Source: an uncultured Pelagibacteraceae bacterium (GTDB taxonomy: Bacteria; Pseudomonadota; Alphaproteobacteria; Pelagibacterales; Pelagibacteraceae). From it: a DNA stretch of 64,000 bases. This document shows positions 48,599-58,277 of this stretch, one piece after another (within the stretch, counting starts at the first letter, position 1; every line of letters begins with the position of its first letter). The stretch is from contig CACKMS010000004.1 of the NCBI GenBank assembly GCA_902601315.1, positions 20,672 through 84,671 on the forward strand. The letters run 5' to 3'. A model generated the notes under the pieces. The model was not told where the DNA came from and did no database searches. It was given only the letters and a program-made list of their open reading frames with translations. Both the position numbers and the translations under genes were made by a program.

Positions 48599-49924
48599 TT
48601 AACTCCAAGGAAACGGACTGTTCGAAGTGGGGTGCAATTCACCTTTCGCGTATCGATTGAATCTAAACGGTTTTAACAAATCACTCTCATGTCCTAAAAT
48701 TTCTTGCGCAACTAAATGACCAACACCAATCATTTTGTAACCATGATTGGCATCTGCAATCATATAAACATTTTCAAAAAATCTATCGAAGATTGGAAAA
48801 CTATCTGGCGTTAAACATCCAAGACCACCTGATGGTCCTTTTCTATATAAGTTTGATTTTCCTACAAATCTTTTCTGAATATGTGCTAGAGCTGAAGTCC
48901 ACATATCTGCAAATTTATCTGTTGTTTGAAATTCTGGTGACTCTATTCCATACGGGTCTACATTTACTTCATCAAAATGTTTTTGAACAATATAAGGTGA
49001 AGTACCACCTTGAACACCTAAGCCTTCAATATCAGGTTTGTAATAAATGCCCCATAGTTCATCAGTAATTAATTTACCTGTTGCATCTGAATGCAATGGC
49101 GCATCTGTATCAACATGAATTACAGGTGGTTGTTTACCATCGTTAGTTTTTAAATAATCTGCATCAACACCAAGGACACCTTCTTGTAAAAACCAATATT
49201 TCCACATTTCAACTTCATGTGATTTTCCATCTTTACCTTTTATCTCAGTTGTTTTTGGTAGCTCTAGCATATTCCAAAAATCTCTTACCCATGGTCCTGC
49301 TCCAACGACAACTTGATCACAATCAATTGTTCCTTGATTAGTTACAACACCAGTAACCGCATTACTGTTACTACCTCTTTTAAATCCTGTTACCTTCACT
49401 CCTTTATGGACGTGAACTCCATTGTTGTTAGCTTTGCTTTCTAAAGCTTTAATAGAATCTTTATTAAATGCGTATCCACCCTTTTTTTCATGAAGAACAG
49501 AAGTTATTCCTTGTGCTTGCCAATCATCAAAAATTCCTTTCATGTAATTCATACAATCTTTTTCACCTTCAACAAAAACTGACTCGTATCCAATTGCTTT
49601 TTGTTGTTCATAAATACTTCTTACATCTTCATGCATTACTTCAGGTGAAATTTGCATGTAGCCAACTGGATTATATTTAAATGCTTTTGGATCGCTTTCC
49701 CAAACTGAGACTGAATGGGCCATTAATTCTCTCATCGCAGGTTGGAAATAGTTGTTTCTAACAACTCCACAAGCAATTCCACTTGCGCCTGCGGCTGTAT
49801 CTTTTTTTTCTAGAACAACAACGTCACCTGGATTTTTATATGTCTCTGATAATTTCCAAGCAGTACTTAATCCATGGATACCCCCACCGATTATAACTAC
49901 TTTTGCTTTTGTCGGTAATGACAT
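48599..49924 (-). CDS. FAD-dependent oxidoreductase, DAO / sarcosine oxidase beta family
   Basis: GGGIHG dinucleotide fold, GASGIACGVVRNNY, TPDSFPI, NHGYK. Confidence 0.85.
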   Translation of the reverse strand: MSLPTKAKVVIIGGGIHGLSTAWKLSETYKNPGDVVVLEKKDTAAGASGIACGVVRNNYFQPAMRELMAHSVSVWESDPKAFKYNPVGYMQISPEVMHEDVRSIYEQQKAIGYESVFVEGEKDCMNYMKGIFDDWQAQGITSVLHEKKGGYAFNKDSIKALESKANNNGVHVHKGVKVTGFKRGSNSNAVTGVVTNQGTIDCDQVVVGAGPWVRDFWNMLELPKTTEIKGKDGKSHEVEMWKYWFLQEGVLGVDADYLKTNDGKQPPVIHVDTDAPLHSDATGKLITDELWGIYYKPDIEGLGVQGGTSPYIVQKHFDEVNVDPYGIESPEFQTTDKFADMWTSALAHIQKRFVGKSNLYRKGPSGGLGCLTPDSFPIFDRFFENVYMIADANHGYKMIGVGHLVAQEILGHESDLLKPFRFNRYAKGELHPTSNSPFPWS

Positions 49925-50029
49925 AACTAAACTCTATTTTTTGCATAGAGGAAATATATGATTTTTTTTATATCTAATTTTTATAAATAAATTAAATAAT
50001 ACAACTTCAAAGTATAATCTAATAAGGGC

Positions 50030-50380
50030 CTAGAAGCTCAAATTTTTAAGGGTCCTTAAATAATCATTAAACTCATTTATAAAAGACTGACTTGGTTTTA
50101 TGTGTTTCTTTCTTTGATCCTTTGAGGTTTTTTCAAGATAGAAAAAACCTTTTTCACATGCTTCTGTAATAATTAGAGCCGATTTAGGTCTAGATGTTTT
50201 AAATAATTTTGTTTTAAGCTCTTCAACGGAAAGGTTTTGGTTTAGTTTGTAGGCAGTCATTACAAGCAACATCATATGATAATGAGATGGTGATTTTCTA
50301 AAAAAATAGTTAGATGATGTATGTGATAATTTTAATTGGTCCTCCCAGAATTCTAATAAGTCTTTTGTAGCTTTTGACAT
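50030..50380 (-). CDS. MarR-like winged-helix protein
   Basis: SRPK...I......GF.....KDQRKK wing motif; directly abuts tdm. Confidence 0.6.
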   Translation of the reverse strand: MSKATKDLLEFWEDQLKLSHTSSNYFFRKSPSHYHMMLLVMTAYKLNQNLSVEELKTKLFKTSRPKSALIITEACEKGFFYLEKTSKDQRKKHIKPSQSFINEFNDYLRTLKNLSF

Positions 50381-52717
50381 TTAGGATCTAACTCTAGTTT
50401 TTTGTGGATCAAAATGCGGAAAGCCAACTATTTTAGCAGGAATTCTTTTTTGGTGACCATCAATTTTACCAACTTCAACATCTGTTCCTATTTCGGAGTG
50501 ACCAACATCGATTCTACATAAAGCAATATTTTTATTTAAAGTGGGAGATAAACAAGCACTTGTTACAATACCTACTTGTGCTCTTCCAATATGAACACAG
50601 TCGCCATGATTTGCTTTTTCTTTACCAATTAATTCAAGTCCAACTAATTTTTTTTGAGGATTTTCTTTTCTTTTAATTAAGTTTTCTTTACCAATAAATT
50701 CATCTGTTTTCGTTTTTAATGGTACTGAAAAACCTATTCCTGCTTCAAAAGGATCTTGCTGGCCATCAAATTCATTTCCAAATAAAATTAAACCTGCTTC
50801 AATTCTAAGTAAATCTAATGCACCAAATCCTGCTGGAATTAAACCTTCGTCTTTTCCAGCTTCCATAACTTTATCCCAAACTTCTGGTGCATGATCAGGA
50901 TGACACCAGATTTCGTAACCTAATTCTCCCGTGTAACCTGTTCTTGAAACAATTAATGGAATTCCTTTTAAATCATCTGCTCTACAAATAGTAAATCTGA
51001 ACCATTGAAGTTCAGAAATAGTTGGTTGCGTAGGTGGCGTAAAAATAAATTTTTCCAAAATTTTTCTACTTTTAGGACCTTGCAATGAAATATTATTAAT
51101 TTGGTCTGTAGAATTTTTAATTATTACTTTGTAATTTTTTTTCTTAGCTTGTTCTTTTAACCATTCTCCAGCGTACTCATCACCACAAACCCATCTAAAT
51201 CCCGTTTCACTTAATCTTAATAAGGTTCCATCATCAAACATCATTCCATTTTCATAACACATTGCTGAGTAAACAATTTGACCAACCGATAATTTTTTAA
51301 CATTACGTGTTAAGGTATAATTCATTAACTCTTCTGCATCAGGTCCAATTATTTCAAATTTTCTCAAAGAAGATAAATCAATAACAACAGCTTTTTCTCT
51401 ACAAGCAGTGTATTCGTTTATTACCCCATGTTTTGTGTAATCATTTGGTAACCAAAAACCTCTTGCATCAACATAGTTTCTAGTTAACTTTGAAGTTCTT
51501 TCATAAAATCCAGTATTTCTTGTAAGTTTATTTTCCGAGTCTGTTTTCATTCTAAATCCAAATGACTTTGTGAATTCATTTTTCTTGTCGTAAGTTCTAA
51601 CAAAAATATCAGTTGGATTCCAACCATTACAGCTATCGATATCGCTAGGACATGCTGTTGTCCCACATGTTAAATCTTTAAGAGCTCTAAATATTACATA
51701 GTCACCAGGTCTTGCAAAAGACTCATCTGATAATACTGAATTTTGACCACCTGCAGAGGTATTGAAAAACAAGTTTATTGCATGCCATCCTCTTTTTTTT
51801 TGAACACCATATTTTTCCATACTTTCATTAAGATTATCTGAACAATTAGCATGTCCAAAATATCCAGCATCTTCATAGTATTTAGATGTACAAGCCAAAT
51901 TAAATGTATCGTGAATTCCGACTGTATCTCTTACCACCTCAATTAATGGTTCATGGTCAACATCATAAAATTTTGAGAATAAACCAGGACCAGGAAAAGT
52001 ATGACCCATGAAGGTTCTTGTTGTTTGCCAATCCAAACCGTTTTCTTGTCCTTTATCTAATTTAGCAGTATCAAAAGCTACAAAATCTGAACATTGTCTT
52101 CCGGTTGGTGTTATTACTTGGATATAATCTCCTTCTTTAACTTGATAAGAATCTGCTGTTGTTCTTTTAATATCAATTTCCCCAGAAGGGTCATACACAG
52201 GATCAGGTATCAATGAGAATTCTTTATCCTTTTTTTTTATAGCTCTTTTAACCAATACCGTTAAATCAGTAGATGGATTTTGTTCATGAACGATCATTGA
52301 ATTGCCCGGCGCAGAAAATATACAATAACATTTGTCTTTAGATTTTAATTTTATAATTTCTTCTGCATTTGCATCCTCGTTAAATAGAATTGCTGATTTT
52401 GATTTTTCTATGTCTAGATTTCTTTTTTTTAATTGATAAAGAGCCTGTAAAGATGTTTCGTTCTTCTTAAATAAAATTTTTTTTATTTCAGAACAATTTT
52501 TATTTTCTTTTAGATTTAAAATTCCTAAATCAGATTTTCCATCTTTGTTAAAAACTGTAATTTCACAAATTTGATTTCCTTCATCATTAATAATTTCAAT
52601 TTCGTCATCTGGATGAATCTGAACACCTGTTAGTCCACCACCATTAACTACATATCTTTCAACTCCAAGTGGTAATGTATTTAATCCAGGTTCTTTTATA
52701 TTAAGACTTGTTTGCAT
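50381..52717 (-). CDS. tdm: Trimethylamine N-oxide demethylase (DUF1989 + GcvT)
   Basis: GRQCSDF, LACT..YYE..GY.GHANCS, TACPSDID metal-ligand motifs; C-terminal GcvT domain SRTGYTGELGYE. Confidence 0.9.
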   Translation of the reverse strand: MQTSLNIKEPGLNTLPLGVERYVVNGGGLTGVQIHPDDEIEIINDEGNQICEITVFNKDGKSDLGILNLKENKNCSEIKKILFKKNETSLQALYQLKKRNLDIEKSKSAILFNEDANAEEIIKLKSKDKCYCIFSAPGNSMIVHEQNPSTDLTVLVKRAIKKKDKEFSLIPDPVYDPSGEIDIKRTTADSYQVKEGDYIQVITPTGRQCSDFVAFDTAKLDKGQENGLDWQTTRTFMGHTFPGPGLFSKFYDVDHEPLIEVVRDTVGIHDTFNLACTSKYYEDAGYFGHANCSDNLNESMEKYGVQKKRGWHAINLFFNTSAGGQNSVLSDESFARPGDYVIFRALKDLTCGTTACPSDIDSCNGWNPTDIFVRTYDKKNEFTKSFGFRMKTDSENKLTRNTGFYERTSKLTRNYVDARGFWLPNDYTKHGVINEYTACREKAVVIDLSSLRKFEIIGPDAEELMNYTLTRNVKKLSVGQIVYSAMCYENGMMFDDGTLLRLSETGFRWVCGDEYAGEWLKEQAKKKNYKVIIKNSTDQINNISLQGPKSRKILEKFIFTPPTQPTISELQWFRFTICRADDLKGIPLIVSRTGYTGELGYEIWCHPDHAPEVWDKVMEAGKDEGLIPAGFGALDLLRIEAGLILFGNEFDGQQDPFEAGIGFSVPLKTKTDEFIGKENLIKRKENPQKKLVGLELIGKEKANHGDCVHIGRAQVGIVTSACLSPTLNKNIALCRIDVGHSEIGTDVEVGKIDGHQKRIPAKIVGFPHFDPQKTRVRS

Positions 52718-52802
52718 AAACTAATTGTCACTGCATTATTAATTATAAAGTATAATAACAGTAGTCATAAAATTTATATATATTTATTATAATCAACACG
52801 TA

Positions 52803-52831
52803 TTGACTATATCACCTAATTTAAGGATACT
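52803..52831 (+). promoter_or_regulatory. Candidate sigma70 promoter for tmoX
   Basis: TTGACT-N17-GATACT upstream of RBS AAGGGG and the ATG at 52863. Confidence 0.55.
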
Positions 52832-52862
52832 TTCATTACTTAATATTAAGAAAGGGGAACAA

Positions 52863-53816
52863 ATGAGAAAAATAATATCTCTACTATCAGCGGTAGTTAT
52901 TTCAGCAGTATCTTTTGCAGGAATATCTAATGCAGCAGATAGTAAAAAGCCCATCGTAATCCCAACACATAACTGGTCAAGTCAAATTGTTATGGCTTAC
53001 GTTATTGGTGGTATTTTTGAAAGTATGGGTAATAACGTTAAATACGTTAACGCAGACTCACAAGCTGTTTACGAATCTATAAGAATTGGTGATGTAACTA
53101 TATCTCACGAAGTTTGGGAATCTGCATTTGGTAAATCATTCACAACTGCTCTTGATAAAGGTGGTTTGATAGATATGGGTGACCATGAAGCTAGAACGCT
53201 TGAGGATATGGGATATCCGAATTGGGTTGTAGAAAAAGGTTTATGCCCAGGATTACCAGATTGGACAGCTTTAAAAAATCCAGATTGTGCAAAAAACTTC
53301 ACTACTCCTGATTCACCAGATGGAAAAGGAAGAATGTTAGAAGGACCACAAACTTGGCATGGTGACTTAATCCCTCAAAGAGTCGATGCTCTTGGATTAG
53401 GAGATCTATGGTGGGTAAAATTTGCTGGAAGTGCAGATGCACTATGGGCTGAATTATCAGCAGCTGAGAAAGAAGGCAGAGGAACTATAATCTTTAACTG
53501 GACACCAAATTTTACTGATGGTGCTGGTTTCACATTTATTGATTTCCCTCCATACACTGCAGGTTGTAGACCTGAGGACGGTGGAGACGGAAAATGTGGA
53601 TCACCAGATGGTTATTTAAAAAAAGCAGCACATGAAGATTTTCCAAAAACTCATCCAAAAGCTGCAGCAACATTTAAAAAAATGTCATTCTCTACAAGCC
53701 AAATTGGAGCAATGGCAGCTTTAGTTGACGTTGATAAAATGACTCATGAAGATGCAGCTAAAAAATGGTTAGCTGATAATAAGAAAGTGTGGGAAGAATT
53801 CACACACGATCATTAA
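52863..53816 (+). CDS. tmoX: TMAO ABC transporter substrate-binding protein
   Basis: Signal peptide, HNWSSQ, HEVWE, CPGLPDW, FNWTPNF; divergent from tdm. Start moved to the MRKII ATG. Confidence 0.87.
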   Translation: MRKIISLLSAVVISAVSFAGISNAADSKKPIVIPTHNWSSQIVMAYVIGGIFESMGNNVKYVNADSQAVYESIRIGDVTISHEVWESAFGKSFTTALDKGGLIDMGDHEARTLEDMGYPNWVVEKGLCPGLPDWTALKNPDCAKNFTTPDSPDGKGRMLEGPQTWHGDLIPQRVDALGLGDLWWVKFAGSADALWAELSAAEKEGRGTIIFNWTPNFTDGAGFTFIDFPPYTAGCRPEDGGDGKCGSPDGYLKKAAHEDFPKTHPKAAATFKKMSFSTSQIGAMAALVDVDKMTHEDAAKKWLADNKKVWEEFTHDH

Positions 53817-53835
53817 GGTTAATTTTAAGACTTTG

Positions 53836-53872
53836 AAATCTCCCCCAACTTAGTTGGGGGGGATTTTTTTTT
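53836..53872 (+). terminator. Intrinsic terminator after tmoX
   Basis: AAATCTCCCCCAAC-TTA-GTTGGGGGGGATTT followed by a long T tract. Confidence 0.85.
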
Positions 53873-53897
53873 ATTTAATCTTGTGTAAAATATTATT

Positions 53898-54275
53898 ATG
53901 AAAAAATGTTTTATTTTCATTTTTATAAGTTGTTTGATTAGTTCTGTAGTTTTTGCACGAAGCACAGGATGTAAAGAAGGTGACTGTGAAAATGGTTTTG
54001 GTAAATGGATTTACACAGATAAAACAACTTACGAAGGTGAATGGGTTGCAACAAAAAAACAAGGACAAGGCACAGAAACTTGGCCAAATGGTTATATTTA
54101 CAAAGGTGAATTTAAAAATAGCATGTGGAGTGGCCAAGGAATATTAACATTCCCAGATGGTTCAACATATGAGGGGGAGTGGGAAAATGGATTTATGAAT
54201 GGCCAAGGAACATTTACTTGGTCAGATGGAAAACAAAAATCAGGAATTTGGAAAAATGGCAAACTTGAAGAATAA
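53898..54275 (+). CDS. Secreted MORN-repeat protein
   Basis: Signal peptide; GDCENG followed by repeated YEGEW....GQG...W/F.DG units. Confidence 0.85.
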   Translation: MKKCFIFIFISCLISSVVFARSTGCKEGDCENGFGKWIYTDKTTYEGEWVATKKQGQGTETWPNGYIYKGEFKNSMWSGQGILTFPDGSTYEGEWENGFMNGQGTFTWSDGKQKSGIWKNGKLEE

Positions 54276-54280
54276 TTAAA

Positions 54281-54826
54281 ATGAATACTTATTCAAATAA
54301 ATTTAGATCATTACCAGAGTCTTTAAAACAATTAATAGGTCTCATTTTTATTACAATTATTATCATTATTTCATTTGCAATTTTAAACACTATTTTCGGT
54401 CAAGGTGATGAATTAGTCAAAAAAATGAAATTAGAAGAAGAGAGAATAGCAAAAGAAAAAAAATTGAGTGCATTAATATCAAAATTACCCTCTGGTATTT
54501 TGGTAACATTTGATGGAACAGATCATTATAAATTATCTGATGAATTATATGAAGCTGTATGTAATGCCACAAAATTAATCCCACAACGTGCAATTATGGG
54601 TGCAAATTTTTTAAATTTTAGAGCACACGAGATTTATACAATTAATGGAAATAAAATAGATGAAACATTTGTTAAATGGGACCCAGAGAAAAACAAGTGT
54701 TTTGCAGGCTTTACGGTAAGTGGAAATAACGTAGGTGTAGATGAGAGCATCACAGTTAGCGGTGAGGCATTAAGCTTTTTAAGTACAGGGATTGATACAA
54801 GAGTTTATTACATAAAAAACTTTTAA
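54281..54826 (+). CDS. Hypothetical membrane-anchored protein
   Basis: 181 aa; N-terminal TM, short coiled coil, two Cys. Confidence 0.65.
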   Translation: MNTYSNKFRSLPESLKQLIGLIFITIIIIISFAILNTIFGQGDELVKKMKLEEERIAKEKKLSALISKLPSGILVTFDGTDHYKLSDELYEAVCNATKLIPQRAIMGANFLNFRAHEIYTINGNKIDETFVKWDPEKNKCFAGFTVSGNNVGVDESITVSGEALSFLSTGIDTRVYYIKNF

Positions 54827-54888
54827 TCAGGAGATGGATAATTATATCGATTTAACTTTGACTAATTTTCATATAATTTAATCTTATT

Positions 54889-55917
54889 ATGTCAGAAGCT
54901 GTTATAAAATGCGAAAATGTTTATAAAATTTTTGGCTCTAATGCCCATAAAATGCTTCAAGATGCAAATGGCAACGTAGATGCCAAAACATTCCAAGAAA
55001 ATGGATGTATTGTTGGTGTGAATGATGCTTCTTTTGAAGTTTCCAAAGGAGAAATGCTTGTTGTGATGGGTTTATCCGGATCTGGTAAATCAACATTATT
55101 AAGATGTATTTCAAGATTGACTGAAGCAACAGGTGGAAAAATTTTCATAGAGGGTCAGGATCTACTTAAATTAAATAACAAAGAATTAATTAATCTTAGA
55201 AGAAATAAAATGGGAATGGTGTTTCAAAGTTTTGCATTACTACCTCATAAAACAGTAGTAGAGAATATTGCATTTCCTTTACAAATAAAGGGAATAAAAA
55301 CTGAAGATAGCATTAGCAAAGCAATGGATATGGTCAAGCTTGTTGGACTTGATGGAAGAGAAAATTATTTTCCAAGAGAACTTTCAGGTGGACAACAACA
55401 AAGAGTAGGTATTGCAAGATCTTTAGCAGTTGAACCTGATATTTGGTTTTTAGATGAACCATTTTCCGCATTAGATCCCTTGATACGAAAAGAGATGCAG
55501 GATGAATTTTTAAGACTTCAAGAAAAACTACAAAAAACAATTATGTTTATAACACACGATTTTGATGAAGCCTTAAAGCTTGCAGATCGGATTGCAATTA
55601 TGAAAGATGGGATTATTGAACAATTAGATACACCTGCAAATATAGTTCTAAATCCAGCTACAGAGTATGTAAAAAAATTTACAGAGGAAGTGCCAAGAGA
55701 AAAAGTCTTAACTATTGAAGATGTGATGGATAGATCAGATGCTGATAGCTCTGATTTAAAAGTTCTAAAAGATGAAATCATAGAAAATGTTGCAGAAAAA
55801 ATTCTTACTCAAGAAAAAGCGGTTTCAGTTATTGATCGGGACAATAAAGTTGTTGGATCTATAAATCCATCAAAGATTATCCAAACGGTATTCGGAGGAA
55901 GAAAAAATAATAATTAA
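54889..55917 (+). CDS. tmoW: TMAO/betaine-type ABC ATP-binding protein
   Basis: GLSGSGKS, LSGGQQQR, DEPFSALDPLIR (ProV/OpuA type). Confidence 0.85.
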   Translation: MSEAVIKCENVYKIFGSNAHKMLQDANGNVDAKTFQENGCIVGVNDASFEVSKGEMLVVMGLSGSGKSTLLRCISRLTEATGGKIFIEGQDLLKLNNKELINLRRNKMGMVFQSFALLPHKTVVENIAFPLQIKGIKTEDSISKAMDMVKLVGLDGRENYFPRELSGGQQQRVGIARSLAVEPDIWFLDEPFSALDPLIRKEMQDEFLRLQEKLQKTIMFITHDFDEALKLADRIAIMKDGIIEQLDTPANIVLNPATEYVKKFTEEVPREKVLTIEDVMDRSDADSSDLKVLKDEIIENVAEKILTQEKAVSVIDRDNKVVGSINPSKIIQTVFGGRKNNN

Positions 55918-55920
55918 TTT

Positions 55921-58074
55921 ATGGAAATTATAAAAAAATATCCAAAAGTTTTTCAATGGTTGTTTTTATTAGCTGTATTTTTTGCATTATGTTTTGCAAT
56001 AGAGGTTCCTGAAACTTATAAATTTATTAGAGGCCAAGCAGAATTTGTAAAAGATCCAAATCAAAGCACATTCATATTTCTCGGCAAAGAAGTAAGATAT
56101 TACGCATTTGATGTTTTTTGGAGATTACCACCATTACTTGGATGGCTCCCTATTTGGATTAATGACTCTTTGTTCTTTTTAATGAACGAATGGATGCCAA
56201 TGGAGTTTTGGAATGAAGATACACAAGAATTTAAAACTCGACCTTTACTTCTACAAATTAGCAGAAATTTAACTGCTTTTATGACTTTTTTAATTGAGTT
56301 AATTAGAGAGATTTTATTAGGAGGCCTGGAAACAATTGTTGCATTTACAAGTTGGGATTTTATAGATGCATATCCATGGGCAGAACTTCCAGGTTTACCA
56401 TGGACTATTGTAGCTGCAGGTTTTGCAATCCTTTCATATAAATTGAGCGGTAAAGGTCTTGCTATATTTGCAGGATTGACGATGGTTTACATTTCAATTT
56501 TTGGCCAGTGGAAACCGTCAATGCAAACACTATCTTTTATTTTAGTTGCTGCACCATTGTCTTTTGCTTTTGGTTTAGGTTTAGGTATCGCTGCCTTTAA
56601 AAGTAAGCGAGTTGAAAAAGCATTGTATCCAATATTACTAGTTATGCAGACTATGCCACAATATGCTGTTTTGGTTCCTGCACTTGTGCTTTTTGGGGTA
56701 GGTGATCACGCAGCTGTAATAATAACTATGGTAGTTGCAATTCCACCAATGATATTATTAACTTTGTTGGGTTTAAGAGCAATTCCTCCTGAAGTTATCG
56801 AGGCCGGTAGGATGAGCGGCTGTACTAATTGGCAATTAATGTTCAAAGTATTAATTCCAACTGCAAGAAGAGATATATTGATAGGAGTGAACCAGGTCAT
56901 CATGGTCTGTTTCTCAATGGCAGTTATCTCAGCATTTATAGGCGCAAAAGGATTAGGTTTTAATTTGTTGCTTGCTCTTAACCAATTAAATATTGGATTG
57001 GCATTAGAAGCGGGTTTATGCATTAGTTTGATTGCAATTCTATTAGATAAAATGTCATTAGCTTGGGCAAATAAGCAAATAGATTATTTCGGAAATTTAA
57101 CTTTTTATGAAAGAAATAAAAACCTTATATTTTTTGGTGGTGCATTTATTGTTGGAATTTTATTAGCTTATGCAGGCTCATTTTATTTTAAAGAGGGGTT
57201 TAATTATTTATTTGAAGTTCCACATAACAAAGGAATTTCAACTGCAGATTTTTGGAACAAAGGAGTTGATTGGATTTTTGAAACTTTCTTTGTTTATATA
57301 AAAGCTTTTAACACATGGCTAATTCAAGATGTTCTTCAACCAATGAGAGCTTTATATTTAAGAATGCCTGCAGTTGCCACTTTAGTATTAGTCGTTGGAG
57401 CTGGATATTTAATAGGTGGAATTCGTTCAGCTTTAGTTGTGTGCGCCTTAACGTTGTTTATTGCACTAAGTCCCTGGTGGGATAGAGCTTTAGTTACAAC
57501 TTATATGGCAACATTTGGTGTAATTATATCTTGTATAATTGGTTTTACAGTTGGAACTCTATGTTTTCAAAACAAAAATTCAGCAAAGTTTATGTTGGGA
57601 GTTTGTGATATTTTTCAAACTTTCCCTTCATTTGTATATTTAATTCCAGTTATGATGTTATTTGGTATTACAGATACATCAGTATTAATTGCCGTGATAG
57701 TTTATGCAACTATTCCTGCAACAAGATACACTATTGAGGGTTTAAGAAGTGTACCTGCAGGATTACACGATGCTGCAACTATGTCAGGTGTAAATAAATT
57801 TCAAAGGTTAACAAAAATTGAATTTCCCTTAGCCTTCCCGCATATGATGCTTGGTTTAAATCAAACAATTGTTTTTGCATTATTCATGGTAATTATTGGA
57901 GCCTTCATCGGAACAGAAGATTTAGGGCAATATATTTTAAAAGCTTTATCAGATAAAAATGGAGCAGGGATAGGTCTTACTTTAGGAATATGTGTTGCCT
58001 TTATTGGATTGATTTTTGACAATCTAATAAGAACTTACGTTGGAAAAAGAAAAAAACATCTAGGTATAGATTAA
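55921..58074 (+). CDS. tmoV: TMAO/betaine-type ABC permease (fused duplicated domains)
   Basis: Two ProW-like repeats (QTMP/QTFP, GVNQ/GLNQ, AFIG). Confidence 0.85.
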   Translation: MEIIKKYPKVFQWLFLLAVFFALCFAIEVPETYKFIRGQAEFVKDPNQSTFIFLGKEVRYYAFDVFWRLPPLLGWLPIWINDSLFFLMNEWMPMEFWNEDTQEFKTRPLLLQISRNLTAFMTFLIELIREILLGGLETIVAFTSWDFIDAYPWAELPGLPWTIVAAGFAILSYKLSGKGLAIFAGLTMVYISIFGQWKPSMQTLSFILVAAPLSFAFGLGLGIAAFKSKRVEKALYPILLVMQTMPQYAVLVPALVLFGVGDHAAVIITMVVAIPPMILLTLLGLRAIPPEVIEAGRMSGCTNWQLMFKVLIPTARRDILIGVNQVIMVCFSMAVISAFIGAKGLGFNLLLALNQLNIGLALEAGLCISLIAILLDKMSLAWANKQIDYFGNLTFYERNKNLIFFGGAFIVGILLAYAGSFYFKEGFNYLFEVPHNKGISTADFWNKGVDWIFETFFVYIKAFNTWLIQDVLQPMRALYLRMPAVATLVLVVGAGYLIGGIRSALVVCALTLFIALSPWWDRALVTTYMATFGVIISCIIGFTVGTLCFQNKNSAKFMLGVCDIFQTFPSFVYLIPVMMLFGITDTSVLIAVIVYATIPATRYTIEGLRSVPAGLHDAATMSGVNKFQRLTKIEFPLAFPHMMLGLNQTIVFALFMVIIGAFIGTEDLGQYILKALSDKNGAGIGLTLGICVAFIGLIFDNLIRTYVGKRKKHLGID

Positions 58075-58082
58075 TCAAAAAA

Positions 58083-58256
58083 ATGAAAAACCAGACTATA
58101 AACTTAATTGGATGGATATTGTTTATAGTTTCAGCAATAGGATTTTTAATATCAAGTATTGGAAGTTTTTGGGCAATGTTTGGAAGTTTATTTTTTTTAC
58201 TTGCCTGTTTTGTATTTCTAATTCCTTTTTTTAGAAAAGATAAAAATCAAACATAA
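58083..58256 (+). CDS. Small two-TM membrane protein, 57 aa (not in the ORF track)
   Basis: Manual translation MKNQTINLIGWILFIVSAIGFLISSIGSFWAMFGSLFFLLACFVFLIPFFRKDKNQT*; starts 8 nt after the tmoV stop. Confidence 0.65.
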   Translation: MKNQTINLIGWILFIVSAIGFLISSIGSFWAMFGSLFFLLACFVFLIPFFRKDKNQT

Positions 58257-58277
58257 TAACTAGTTCTAAAAACTTTT

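Noticed and set aside
52803-52862. TTG-start extension of tmoX
   Set aside because: The TTG is part of the candidate -35 box; the RBS and signal peptide fit the ATG at 52863.
53871-54147. Overlapping ORFs 53871-54137 (-) and 53953-54147 (+)
   Set aside because: Alternative frames of the MORN-repeat gene.
53990-54270. Periodic repeats resembling a DNA repeat array or CRISPR
   Set aside because: These are degenerate coding MORN repeats; there are no identical repeats with spacers and no cas genes.
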